From Candidatus Omnitrophota bacterium (GTDB taxonomy: Bacteria > Omnitrophota > Gorgyraeia > Duberdicusellales > 4484-171): 64,000 nucleotides of DNA. The position numbers and the translations under genes were made by a program. The DNA is taken from assembly GCA_016935525.1 (NCBI GenBank), contig JAFGQU010000016.1, positions 32,342 through 96,341 of the forward strand, written 5' to 3'. Positions 15,423-24,188 of the stretch are shown here, one piece after another (positions within the stretch are counted from its first letter, which is position 1; every line of letters starts with the position of its first letter). The notes beneath the pieces are model-generated. The model had not been told where the DNA came from. It was given only the letters and a program-made list of their open reading frames with translations, and did not search any database.

Positions 15423-16898
15423 ATGAGAAAATTACTTATAATTATACTGTTTCTTTTCTGTATTCCTCTCCTTGTCTATCCCGACATAGATATCGATAAT
15501 ATCTATGGCGATCATCTGATCACCCGCGCGAAGAAAAAAGTCTCGATGAACCTGGAGAACGTCGATCTGGTAGATCTGTTGAAAATATTATCGCAACAGA
15601 CCGGGCTTAACTTTATTTCTACCGAAGCGGTGCAATCGCGCAGTATCACGCTTTATATCGAAAACGCCCCGCTTAAAGAGGCGATGGATATCATTTTCAA
15701 GGCAAACCATCTGTCTTACGATTACTACCCGGAGGCGAATATGTTTATCGTCAAAGAAATGGGGCAGCCGGGATTAGAATTAAAGACGAAAGTATATAAG
15801 TTGAAATATACCCGGGTCCAGAGGACGCGTATACAAAGAGAAATAGAAGAAGTGATCTCTACCGACAGCGACGAACTTGAAGATGAAGAGGGGATTGTCG
15901 CCGCGATCGAGCGGGTATTGACTGTGAACGGTAAAGTCATTTCCGAACCGCTTTCCAATTCGATCGTAGTCGTCGATGTGCCTACTCAATTTCCGGTGAT
16001 CGATGATGTGATCGCTTATTTAGACGTACCTCAGCCGAAAGTGCTGATCGAAGTAGAAATGGTCGATGTGTCCAAGCAACTTATGGATAAAATGGGATTC
16101 CAATGGGGGTCCGGACAACAGCCCGGATTTACGGCAACGGTAACCGGAGGGGCTTATGATAATCCCTGGCCGTTCCCTAACAGGCTGCTGAACAGTATTG
16201 CCTGGTCGTCGACTCCCGAGCGTACGTTAACGTTAGGAACGCTTGACCTGACCAAGTTTCAGGCAGTTATGGAATTTGTCAAATCCGATACCGACAGCAA
16301 GATGCTTGCCCGTCCTAAAATACTTTCGCTCAATAACGAGACGTCCGAGGTAAATCTTACTACCGATGAAGCGATCGGGCTTATCACCACAGTTTCCGAT
16401 AGCGGGACTATTACTCAGGAGATCGAACGTACCGAAACCGGTACTAAATTACGGGTTACTCCTCAGATCAACCTGCGTACCCGGGAGGTCACTCTGGTAT
16501 TAGAGGTGTTTACCAAGACCGCCGAAGCCAGCGGTTTTGTGTTGACCGGGACTGCCGCGGGAACCGTCATGAACCCTACGCAACGGGGAACAAAATCGGT
16601 ATTACGCTTGAACGATAATCAGACCCTGCTTATCGGAGGGCTGATCCGGGAAGATAAAGAAAATACCCGGGTAAAAGTGCCTTTCCTGGGAAAGATCCCG
16701 TTTCTTGGCGGAGCGTTCCGTCATAAAAGTAAGACCGATGACTCACGGGAACTGTTGATTTTCCTGACCCCGCGTATTATCGACGATGATATCTATTACA
16801 GCGAAGCTCCTCAGTCGATACCCCGAGAACAGAGTGAACAGGGGATGAAACGAGATTTGATTCATACGACATTAGATAGATATTCGCCACGAAGATAA
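15423..16898 (+). CDS. pilQ: Type IV pilus / T2SS secretin (PilQ/GspD family)
   Basis: Signal peptide; the C-terminal secretin motif GGLIREDKENTRVKVPFLGKIPFLGGAFR ... ELLIFLTPRII is diagnostic. Confidence 0.8.
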   Translation: MRKLLIIILFLFCIPLLVYPDIDIDNIYGDHLITRAKKKVSMNLENVDLVDLLKILSQQTGLNFISTEAVQSRSITLYIENAPLKEAMDIIFKANHLSYDYYPEANMFIVKEMGQPGLELKTKVYKLKYTRVQRTRIQREIEEVISTDSDELEDEEGIVAAIERVLTVNGKVISEPLSNSIVVVDVPTQFPVIDDVIAYLDVPQPKVLIEVEMVDVSKQLMDKMGFQWGSGQQPGFTATVTGGAYDNPWPFPNRLLNSIAWSSTPERTLTLGTLDLTKFQAVMEFVKSDTDSKMLARPKILSLNNETSEVNLTTDEAIGLITTVSDSGTITQEIERTETGTKLRVTPQINLRTREVTLVLEVFTKTAEASGFVLTGTAAGTVMNPTQRGTKSVLRLNDNQTLLIGGLIREDKENTRVKVPFLGKIPFLGGAFRHKSKTDDSRELLIFLTPRIIDDDIYYSEAPQSIPREQSEQGMKRDLIHTTLDRYSPRR

Positions 16899-16908
16899 TT
16901 AGTAAACG

Positions 16909-18612
16909 ATGCCAAAACACAAACGTTTGGGAGAAATTCTTGTGGCTGAAGGGATGGTTACATCTGAACAGCTGCAGGAAGCTGTTGCTTTTCAGAAAGA
17001 AGACGGAGGAAGATTGGGTGATGTCCTCGTCAAGCTGGGGTATGTCACCGAAGAGCAGATCCTTATTGCCTTAAGTAAACAGCTGGCTATTCCCTACGTG
17101 ACGCTTACTTCCGGAAAATTAAAGCCGGATACCGACCAGAATCTGGAAGAGATCATCCCTTACGAGTTCGCGGTACGTAACCTTATCCTCCCGCTTTCCC
17201 GCAGTTATAATTCGCTTACCGCGGCTATTTTCGACCCGTTAGACCTGATCCTTATCGATAATGTCCGCAAGATGACCAATAGCGAGATCAATCCGGTATT
17301 GGCGACCAAGACCGATATCCTCAAAGCGATCGAAGATTTCTACGGCCGGGAGAAGATCTTTAAAGAAGCTATCCAGGCCGCCTACGGAGACGGGATCGAG
17401 GAAATCAAAGATATCTCTTCGGAAACGGAACTCAGTTTAGATAAACTTATCGCTAAAGCGGAAGAGGCACCGGTGATCAAACTGGTCGACCTTATGGTCC
17501 GCCAGGCGATCGAAGAAGGCGCGTCCGATATTCATATCGAACCGCAGCGGGATAAATTGCGTCTGAGGTACCGTATTGACGGGATCTTGTATGAGATCTC
17601 TCCTCCGACTAAAGCGTTGCACCTGCCTATTGTCTCGCGTATTAAGATCCTTGCCCGGATGGATATCGCCGAAAAGCGGCTTCCTCAGGACGGGAGTTTT
17701 ATGGTGAAGATCCATGAACGGCTGATCGATCTGCGGGTCTCCAGTGTCCCGACTATTTACGGCGAAAAGGTCGTTATGCGTATTTTGGATAAATCACGGG
17801 TCCCGTTAGATCTTTCCAAGATCGGGTTTCTCGGCCAGGAGTTAGGGATGATCAAAAAAGGTATTAATTATTCTTATGGATTAGTATTTTTAACCGGGCC
17901 GACCGGCTCAGGTAAATCGACTACATTGTATGCCGGGTTGAACGAGCTGAACGGGGCCGGTAAGAATATTACTACGATCGAGGATCCGGTTGAATACCGG
18001 TTAGACGGGGTGAACCAGGTCCAGGTGAAACCGGAGATCGGGCTTACGTTTGCCAACGTCCTGCGTAGTTTCCTGCGGCAGGATCCGGATATCATCCTGG
18101 TCGGAGAGGTCCGTGATCTTGAGACCGCGGAGATCTGTATCCGGTCGGCATTGACCGGCCATCTGGTTTTATCGACACTGCATACCAATGACGCGGTCGG
18201 GGCGGTAATGCGCCTGGTCGATATGGGGATTCCCAATTATCTGGTGGCCTCTTCCCTACGGCTGGTAGTAGCTCAACGGTTAGTAAGAAAGTTATGTCCG
18301 GCGTGTAAAGAGCCTTACGAAATAAAAAAAGGAGATATCCCGGCCGGCCTTAATCTCACTGCTTCGGTGATCCATAAGCCGAAAGGGTGTGAGGCGTGCC
18401 GGTATATCGGTTTTAAAGGCCGGACATTGATCACCGAGGTCATTCATGTCGATGAAGAGCTGAGAGAAGCGATCCAGCGTAAGATGAGCCCCTCGGAGAT
18501 CATGCAGATCGCGAAGAAGAAAGGGACTTTAAGCCTGCTTGAGAGCGGGATCAAGAGAGTTGAGGAAGGCACTACATCGTTAGAAGAGATATTGTCAGTT
18601 GTCGCCTATTAA
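16909..18612 (+). CDS. pilB: Type IV pilus assembly ATPase PilB / GspE family
   Basis: N-terminal T2SSE_N domain; Walker A LTGPTGSGKSTTLYA; Asp/His boxes; C-terminal CxxC ... CxxC zinc motif. Confidence 0.9.
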   Translation: MPKHKRLGEILVAEGMVTSEQLQEAVAFQKEDGGRLGDVLVKLGYVTEEQILIALSKQLAIPYVTLTSGKLKPDTDQNLEEIIPYEFAVRNLILPLSRSYNSLTAAIFDPLDLILIDNVRKMTNSEINPVLATKTDILKAIEDFYGREKIFKEAIQAAYGDGIEEIKDISSETELSLDKLIAKAEEAPVIKLVDLMVRQAIEEGASDIHIEPQRDKLRLRYRIDGILYEISPPTKALHLPIVSRIKILARMDIAEKRLPQDGSFMVKIHERLIDLRVSSVPTIYGEKVVMRILDKSRVPLDLSKIGFLGQELGMIKKGINYSYGLVFLTGPTGSGKSTTLYAGLNELNGAGKNITTIEDPVEYRLDGVNQVQVKPEIGLTFANVLRSFLRQDPDIILVGEVRDLETAEICIRSALTGHLVLSTLHTNDAVGAVMRLVDMGIPNYLVASSLRLVVAQRLVRKLCPACKEPYEIKKGDIPAGLNLTASVIHKPKGCEACRYIGFKGRTLITEVIHVDEELREAIQRKMSPSEIMQIAKKKGTLSLLESGIKRVEEGTTSLEEILSVVAY

Positions 18613-18639
18613 AGTGTAGGATAAAGAGAGGAATACATC

Positions 18640-19872
18640 ATGCCGTTATTTTATTATATCGCCAAAGGTAAAGACGGAAAGACCGTGAAAAACGTCGAGG
18701 ACGCCTCGTCGCGTGATGAGATCGTCAGTAAATTGAAAGGTAACGGGATGTTTATTATCTCTATCCGGGAAGCCGAACAGAAAGAGCGCGGAGGAGGCCG
18801 GCTTAAGATCGGCCGCGGGAAAAGAAAACATTCCGGTATCAACACGCTCGATGTCGCTTTTTTTGCGAGAAACCTGGCGACGACGTTATCGGCGGGAGTG
18901 CCGTTGTTGCGGAGTCTTGAGATCATGGCCGCGCAGACCGAGAGTAAAGACCTTTCGAAGATCTTAAGTGAAATAGTCTTAGGAATCAAAAAAGGCCTGT
19001 CGTTGAGCGAGTCGATCGCTCAATATCCCGCGATATTTTCTCCCCTATGGCGGGGGATCATCGAAGTAGGGGAGACTTCCGGTAATCTGCCGTTTGTACT
19101 CGATAAATTATCCGATTATCTGGAATTACGGGTCGAATTCGAACGTAAGATGAAAAGCGCGATGATCTATCCGATCATCCTGATGTGTGTCGCGTTCGGA
19201 GCGGTCCTTTTATTTTTTAAAGTCATCTTGCCTAAATTTACCACCCTGTTCGATCAGTTTAATATCGCCCTTCCGTTACCGACGCAAATACTGTTTAACC
19301 TGAGTAAATTCGTCGATGCCTATTTCTTTGTCCTTTTGTTTACGATGCTCATCCTCGGCGGGGTCGGATGGTACGCGCTTAAAAAACCGGCTACCAAAAA
19401 ATATCTCGACCGTCTGGTATTGACTCTTCCTTTGATCCGGGACGGAGCTTTATATAGTTATCTTGAACGGTTCTCATCGACCATGTACATCCTTCTTGAG
19501 AGCGGCGTTCCGATAGTCTATACCCTGGAAGTAGTATCGAAAAGTATAGGTAACAGCCTTATCGAGCATGAGATGCTTCAGATAAAAGAAAATGTCCGCC
19601 GGGGCAAAAGCCTTTCTTCGGAGCTGGAAAAACTTGATTTATTCCCGCCGCTGGTGACCGAGGTGGCTCATATCGGGGAGGAAGCCGGTAATCTGCCGGA
19701 GATGTTCAAAAAGATATCGACGCATTATCAGAAACAATTAACGACCATTATCGAACGGTTAGTCGCCGCGTTTGAACCGTTGATGATCGTGATGATGGGG
19801 ATCGTGATCGGGTCTATCGTTATTTCGCTCTTTTTACCCATGTTTAAGATCGCGACATTGGGTGGTGCTTGA
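18640..19872 (+). CDS. pilC: Type IV pilus inner-membrane platform protein PilC / GspF
   Basis: 410 aa with two GspF repeats; typical TM pattern. Confidence 0.9.
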   Translation: MPLFYYIAKGKDGKTVKNVEDASSRDEIVSKLKGNGMFIISIREAEQKERGGGRLKIGRGKRKHSGINTLDVAFFARNLATTLSAGVPLLRSLEIMAAQTESKDLSKILSEIVLGIKKGLSLSESIAQYPAIFSPLWRGIIEVGETSGNLPFVLDKLSDYLELRVEFERKMKSAMIYPIILMCVAFGAVLLFFKVILPKFTTLFDQFNIALPLPTQILFNLSKFVDAYFFVLLFTMLILGGVGWYALKKPATKKYLDRLVLTLPLIRDGALYSYLERFSSTMYILLESGVPIVYTLEVVSKSIGNSLIEHEMLQIKENVRRGKSLSSELEKLDLFPPLVTEVAHIGEEAGNLPEMFKKISTHYQKQLTTIIERLVAAFEPLMIVMMGIVIGSIVISLFLPMFKIATLGGA

Positions 19873-20060
19873 TAGAGAGAGGAGAATCTATAGGAAGTGT
19901 ATATATATCAATCGAGGAGGTGATGACTGTATTTGACGAACTGAAAATAATATGGTATAAATTATTGTTAGGGAGAAAAAGGATACGGTAAAACCAACAT
20001 AAACATAAAAACAGGTAAAAACAGGTAAGTATAAGTAACAATACAAGAAGGAGGTTTGCG

Positions 20061-20477
20061 ATGAGAAAAGGGTTTACGCTTATAGAATTATTGATCGTAG
20101 TTATCGTTATTGCTATCTTAGCCACGTTTGCTATCCCCCAATATATGAAAGCGGTAGAACGGGCAAAAGTATCGAAAGGCGCGCATCATATAGGACTTAT
20201 TGCTCAGGCAATGAAGATGTATCGTGCCGATACGGATGAATATCCCGATGCCAGTACCGGAGATTTCGGCGATACGTTCGTAGATTACGTTGAACTGAAT
20301 GAAATCGATAATGATAGTGATTGGGATTATACGGTGACCGGAGATGCTAACGGAGAGACCTTTACTATCACCGCAGATAGAACGGCCGGCCCTTATGCCG
20401 GACAGGTTCTTGAAATAAATGAGATGGGTGAATGGGACAATTCCGATCACCTTTTGTTCCGTATCCCCGGTGAATAA
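20061..20477 (+). CDS. Type IV pilin / pseudopilin (GspG-like), class III signal
   Basis: MRKG|FTLIELLIVVIVIAILATFAIPQY prepilin cleavage/methylation motif with Glu+5; SD aaggagg. Confidence 0.8.
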   Translation: MRKGFTLIELLIVVIVIAILATFAIPQYMKAVERAKVSKGAHHIGLIAQAMKMYRADTDEYPDASTGDFGDTFVDYVELNEIDNDSDWDYTVTGDANGETFTITADRTAGPYAGQVLEINEMGEWDNSDHLLFRIPGE

Positions 20478-20511
20478 TCGCCCGGATATTCAGAGAGAAC
20501 GGTACGTAGTT

Positions 20512-20907
20512 ATGTTACAGAAAATGACATATTCCAAGTGCGCTTTTACGTTGATCGAGCTTTTAATCGTGGTAAGTATCATCGCTCTGTTAGCTACGTT
20601 TGCCATGCCGGCATACCGCAGGGCCCAGGAACGGGCCCATGATAATGAAGCGACAGCGATGTTGAAGCTTATCCAACATTCCGAAAAGGTATATCATATG
20701 GAACGTCCTAATGAATACGCCGCCTGCGGCAATACGAGTGCCTGTAACGTCGCGTTGAATTTAAACCTTTCTGCGGCCTACTGGGCGTATAGCGTAAGCG
20801 CGGACGCAAGCGGTTTTTGTGCCGAGGCTACGCATTCGACCGGCGGCAACCCGCGGACCTGGTATATCAACGAAACCGACGAAGAGCCTAACGATAGCGG
20901 TTGTTAA
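20512..20907 (+). CDS. Type IV pilin-like protein with atypical leader (Ala at -1)
   Basis: MLQKMTYSKCA|FTLIELLIVVSIIALLATFAMPAY; start moved to the ATG at 20512; C-terminal Cys pair. Confidence 0.65.
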   Translation: MLQKMTYSKCAFTLIELLIVVSIIALLATFAMPAYRRAQERAHDNEATAMLKLIQHSEKVYHMERPNEYAACGNTSACNVALNLNLSAAYWAYSVSADASGFCAEATHSTGGNPRTWYINETDEEPNDSGC

Positions 20908-20940
20908 AAACATTCCTGCTGAGAGTAGAGTGTGTTGAGT

Positions 20941-21288
20941 ATGAAGAAGAAGGGATTCTCATTACTTGAGGTATTGATCTCCACGCTGATCCTTTCCATA
21001 GCGTTTGGCGGGATCATCGCGAGTTTCTCTTACGCGCGAGCCTATGTGTTACGGGCAAACCGCCGTCTGGTCGCCGCCAATCTCGCCCGCAGAGTGTTTG
21101 ATTCGCTTACCCCCCATGTGCGTCAGGATGAATGGGATGATGCGGCCAATCCTCTTAATCCGGCTTATGCCGACAAGACTTTTTCGGAAACGTTTGATGA
21201 CGGAATACATAACGTTACGTATACCGTGGAGGATGATCCGTTAGGATATCGCAAGGTAACGGTAACGGTAGATTATGAGGATTTATGA
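20941..21288 (+). CDS. Minor pilin / pseudopilin (GspI/PilV-like)
   Basis: MKKKG|FSLLEVLISTLILSIAFGGI; 115 aa. Confidence 0.6.
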   Translation: MKKKGFSLLEVLISTLILSIAFGGIIASFSYARAYVLRANRRLVAANLARRVFDSLTPHVRQDEWDDAANPLNPAYADKTFSETFDDGIHNVTYTVEDDPLGYRKVTVTVDYEDL

Positions 21289-21905
21289 GGAGACCGTTCA
21301 AACCCGCCGTTACTTTAATTGAACTGATTATTTCGGTCGTGTTGTTTTCAGTGATCATGCTTGGGATTGTCGCTTTTGATTCAGCCAGTCGCCGGTTTCT
21401 ACGTTCTACCGAACGCCGTACCAAAGTAGTGAATGAAGTAATGTTCATCCTCGACCATATTTCCAAGACAATGTCTACCGGTATCGGTGATATTACCGAT
21501 CCGGGGATAGAAGTCACCTGGCAGGCCTCAACGGAAGATTGCAACAGCGGTTCCCATAACTGTATTATTGATGTCCGTACTGCCGATCCTGCCGATGTAG
21601 CTACTCTATCGCCTCCGTATACGAACAGTATATGGCAAAGATATGAATATGATGCTGGTTCCCATACCCTGTCTTATTTCCCGGATAGGGATTTTGGTAG
21701 TTCCGAGGTTCTTTCCGCCAACCGTATCGTTGATTTTCAGGTATCGTCTCCGGCCAGTACCGGGGATTGCGATCGTATTCAGATCGACTCGTTGGTATTA
21801 CGTTACGAAGATGACGGCCCGGACGACGATCCTACGAATAATCCTACCGTAACGCTTGATGATGTCGATATCGGCCTGACCAGTTTTTCTCAATCCTGCC
21901 GTTGA
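21285..21905 (+). CDS. Minor pilin / pseudopilin (GspJ/PilW-like), Ala at -1
   Basis: MRRPFKPA|VTLIELIISVVLFSVIMLGI; 206 aa. Confidence 0.55.
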   Translation: MRRPFKPAVTLIELIISVVLFSVIMLGIVAFDSASRRFLRSTERRTKVVNEVMFILDHISKTMSTGIGDITDPGIEVTWQASTEDCNSGSHNCIIDVRTADPADVATLSPPYTNSIWQRYEYDAGSHTLSYFPDRDFGSSEVLSANRIVDFQVSSPASTGDCDRIQIDSLVLRYEDDGPDDDPTNNPTVTLDDVDIGLTSFSQSCR

Positions 21906-22221
21906 TTTACCGTGTACCCGTACATTTTGTTTCTTCTCCAGAATGGTTGAGTTATTTTGAGTATTAGATATAATATACTTTCCCCTTTGAGGGAAGCGTC
22001 GCTCGTGGACAGTATCTGGTGGAGGAAAAGAGACAAAAACTATATACTAGAGACCAGAGACTAGAGACTGAAATTAGCACATAATGGGCCGGTAGTTTCC
22101 CGATATCGCCCGATTTCTAGTAAGCTCATCGGGATCAGCCTGTATAAGAGAATTAAGGTCGCTGACAGTCGGGATTATATCTGTTTTAAGTACAAATGTT
22201 CATTATAGTAGTTATAAAAAT

Positions 22222-22294
22222 GGGCCGGTAGTTCAGTTGGGAGAACACTTCGTTCGCAACGAAGGGGTCGGCAGTTCGAATCTGCTCCGGTCCA
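22222..22294 (+). tRNA. tRNA-Ala (anticodon CGC); CCA not encoded
   Basis: Cloverleaf folded by hand: acceptor gggccgg/ccggtcc with G3:U70, D-stem gttc/gaac, anticodon stem cttcg/cgaag with loop ttCGCaa, T-stem ggcag/ctgct with loop ttcgaat, discriminator A. Confidence 0.85.
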
Positions 22295-22345
22295 TTTTAA
22301 ATAGCGTATAGCGGCTAGCGGATAGCGATTAGTGATAGATTGAAA
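22278..22345 (+). repeat. Direct repeat A: tRNA 3' end (17 nt) plus ~50 nt downstream flank
   Basis: About 90% identical to 22463-22530 (gaatctgctccggtccattttaaatagcgtatagcggctagcg...attgaaaa). Confidence 0.7.
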
Positions 22346-22462
22346 AGAGAGTAAGAAGAGAGAGGGCAGATGAGGACTTCGCAGCGAGAGCTGCGATGGA
22401 GGTCGCGAAAGCGCGCGAAGCGCGCTGGAGTCCATAGGGATTGCGTGCAATCCCGGTCATGG

Positions 22463-22530
22463 GAATCTGCTCCGGTCCATTTTAAATAGCGTATAGCGGC
22501 TAGCGATTAGCGGTTAGTGATAAATTGAAA
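22463..22530 (+). repeat. Direct repeat B: duplicated tRNA 3' fragment plus flank, attR-like
   Basis: The exact 17-mer gaatctgctccggtcca is present without the 5' half of the tRNA. Confidence 0.7.
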
Positions 22531-22671
22531 AAAATCGCCTCGCTGTCACCCCGGAGTAATATCAGGCAAGAGATTTTCTTTTTTAGTGGTACACTCTGTT
22601 AAAGAGAAAATGTGCCGGCAGCATAGGTAAATATACTCCATTGTAGACAAGAGATATCCCTCTATCAGTAT

Positions 22672-24177
22672 ATGCTCACGAAATCAGAGAATAACCTTTC
22701 TTTCGTTACATCCCTTTTACTGCTTGCTTCAACTATCGCGTATTATATTTTTATCCAGTTTGTCTCGCCGGTCCTTTATGGGGTCGACGGGTATTATCAT
22801 ATTGCCGTGGCCCGGTGTATTAAAGATTTCGGGCTGAAATACGGTTTCCCCTGGGCTCAGTTTTCTACTTTTACGAACGCGTTTTCCGATAAAGAACTGC
22901 TGTTCCATCTGCTGAGTGTCCCTTTCCTTTATGTGACCGATAATATAATCCTGGCCGCAAAATTTTCCGTTGTTTTTTATAACCTCCTGTTTTTCTCGGT
23001 GTTCATATTCATTTTGAGAAAATATGTGCCGTACTTTTTAATCGGCGTGTCCCTTTTATTCCTTGTCGCGTCCGGTTACTTCTCAGTCCGGTTTACCTGT
23101 CTGCGGCCGGAGATCCTCGCGATCATCCTTACTGTGTTAGGCGTATATTTTCTTATCAAGAAAAACCGCTGGGGAGTTTTTATCATTGGTGTGGTCTATT
23201 CGTTATCGCATATCTCGTTTTTCACCCTGTTCATCTTTGCCGTCTGCTGTGAAACTGTCCGGTACATAATGAAAAAAGAGGTGTGTGTACCGAATCTGTA
23301 TATGTCGTTTCTCGGTATCCTGTCCGGTAGCCTTATCCATCCTCATAATCCTTATAATTGGGTAAGTTTCCATCTTAACGCTATTCTGGTCCCTTTTTAT
23401 TCGATGAGGGAGGTAGCTCTTGACCTGGGGCCGGAACTGCTCTCTACCGATAGCAAGAAGATCTTTATAGAAAATATATCCTTATTCCTTTGCGGGAGCG
23501 GGATCATCGGGTTTGTTTTGATGCGTACTACAAAATTGAGTGTGGATACGGCCGTGTGGTGGGCGTGTTTCATGTTCTATTTTTTCTTAGGGTTCATCGG
23601 TTCGCGTTATTGGTACCCGGCAACCGCGCTTTTTATCGTTTTTGCCGCGTCTTTTGTGTATGACTGGACCGCCGGGAGAAATATCCGGGACATAACGGTT
23701 GCATTGCGGCCGGTTGTGTTGGCAGTAATGATCTTTTTAGGGCTCCATGCTTCCTACACCATAACCAAAATGGCAGAACATATCACCTTCTATACGTTCC
23801 GTAACGACCAATATGAAGAGGCCGCGTCATGGATGAAAAAAAATCTTCCCGCTCAACAGACCGTATACCACGCGAATTGGAGCGTTTCCCCTTATTTCAT
23901 CGCATTAAACCCAAAAGATAACTATCTCGTAGTGCTGGATCCGATCTATATGTTCTATCCTTATCCGGAAAAATATATGGTTTATAAGGAATTGTTCCAT
24001 GGAAAAGCGAAAGATCCTTACCGGGCCATAAAAGATAATTTCGGAGTGACCTACGGGTGTGTAGATAAAAACACGCGTTTGTACCGGCAGATAAAAGGGG
24101 ATAAAGATCATTTCCTTATGCTTCATGAAAATATTCGGGTTGCGGTATTCCGATTATTAGATAATAAAGAGCAATAA
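22672..24177 (+). CDS. Polytopic membrane protein, GT-C-like glycosyltransferase (ArnT/PMT-like) candidate
   Basis: 501 aa; ~10 TM helices in the N-terminal two-thirds plus a soluble C-terminal domain; the first periplasmic loop YGVDGYYH is reminiscent of GT-C acidic loop motifs; weak assignment. Confidence 0.35.
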   Translation: MLTKSENNLSFVTSLLLLASTIAYYIFIQFVSPVLYGVDGYYHIAVARCIKDFGLKYGFPWAQFSTFTNAFSDKELLFHLLSVPFLYVTDNIILAAKFSVVFYNLLFFSVFIFILRKYVPYFLIGVSLLFLVASGYFSVRFTCLRPEILAIILTVLGVYFLIKKNRWGVFIIGVVYSLSHISFFTLFIFAVCCETVRYIMKKEVCVPNLYMSFLGILSGSLIHPHNPYNWVSFHLNAILVPFYSMREVALDLGPELLSTDSKKIFIENISLFLCGSGIIGFVLMRTTKLSVDTAVWWACFMFYFFLGFIGSRYWYPATALFIVFAASFVYDWTAGRNIRDITVALRPVVLAVMIFLGLHASYTITKMAEHITFYTFRNDQYEEAASWMKKNLPAQQTVYHANWSVSPYFIALNPKDNYLVVLDPIYMFYPYPEKYMVYKELFHGKAKDPYRAIKDNFGVTYGCVDKNTRLYRQIKGDKDHFLMLHENIRVAVFRLLDNKEQ

Positions 24178-24188
24178 GGTGGATACGT

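Noticed and set aside
20118-20450. 110-aa minus-strand ORF opposite the first pilin gene
   Set aside because: It is antisense to a pilin with a textbook prepilin leader and SD, and has no features of its own.
22345-22479. Second tRNA gene between the direct repeats
   Set aside because: Only the 3'-terminal 17 nt of the tRNA are present. No acceptor 5' strand, D-arm or anticodon arm can be folded. It is a fragment (att-like), not a gene.
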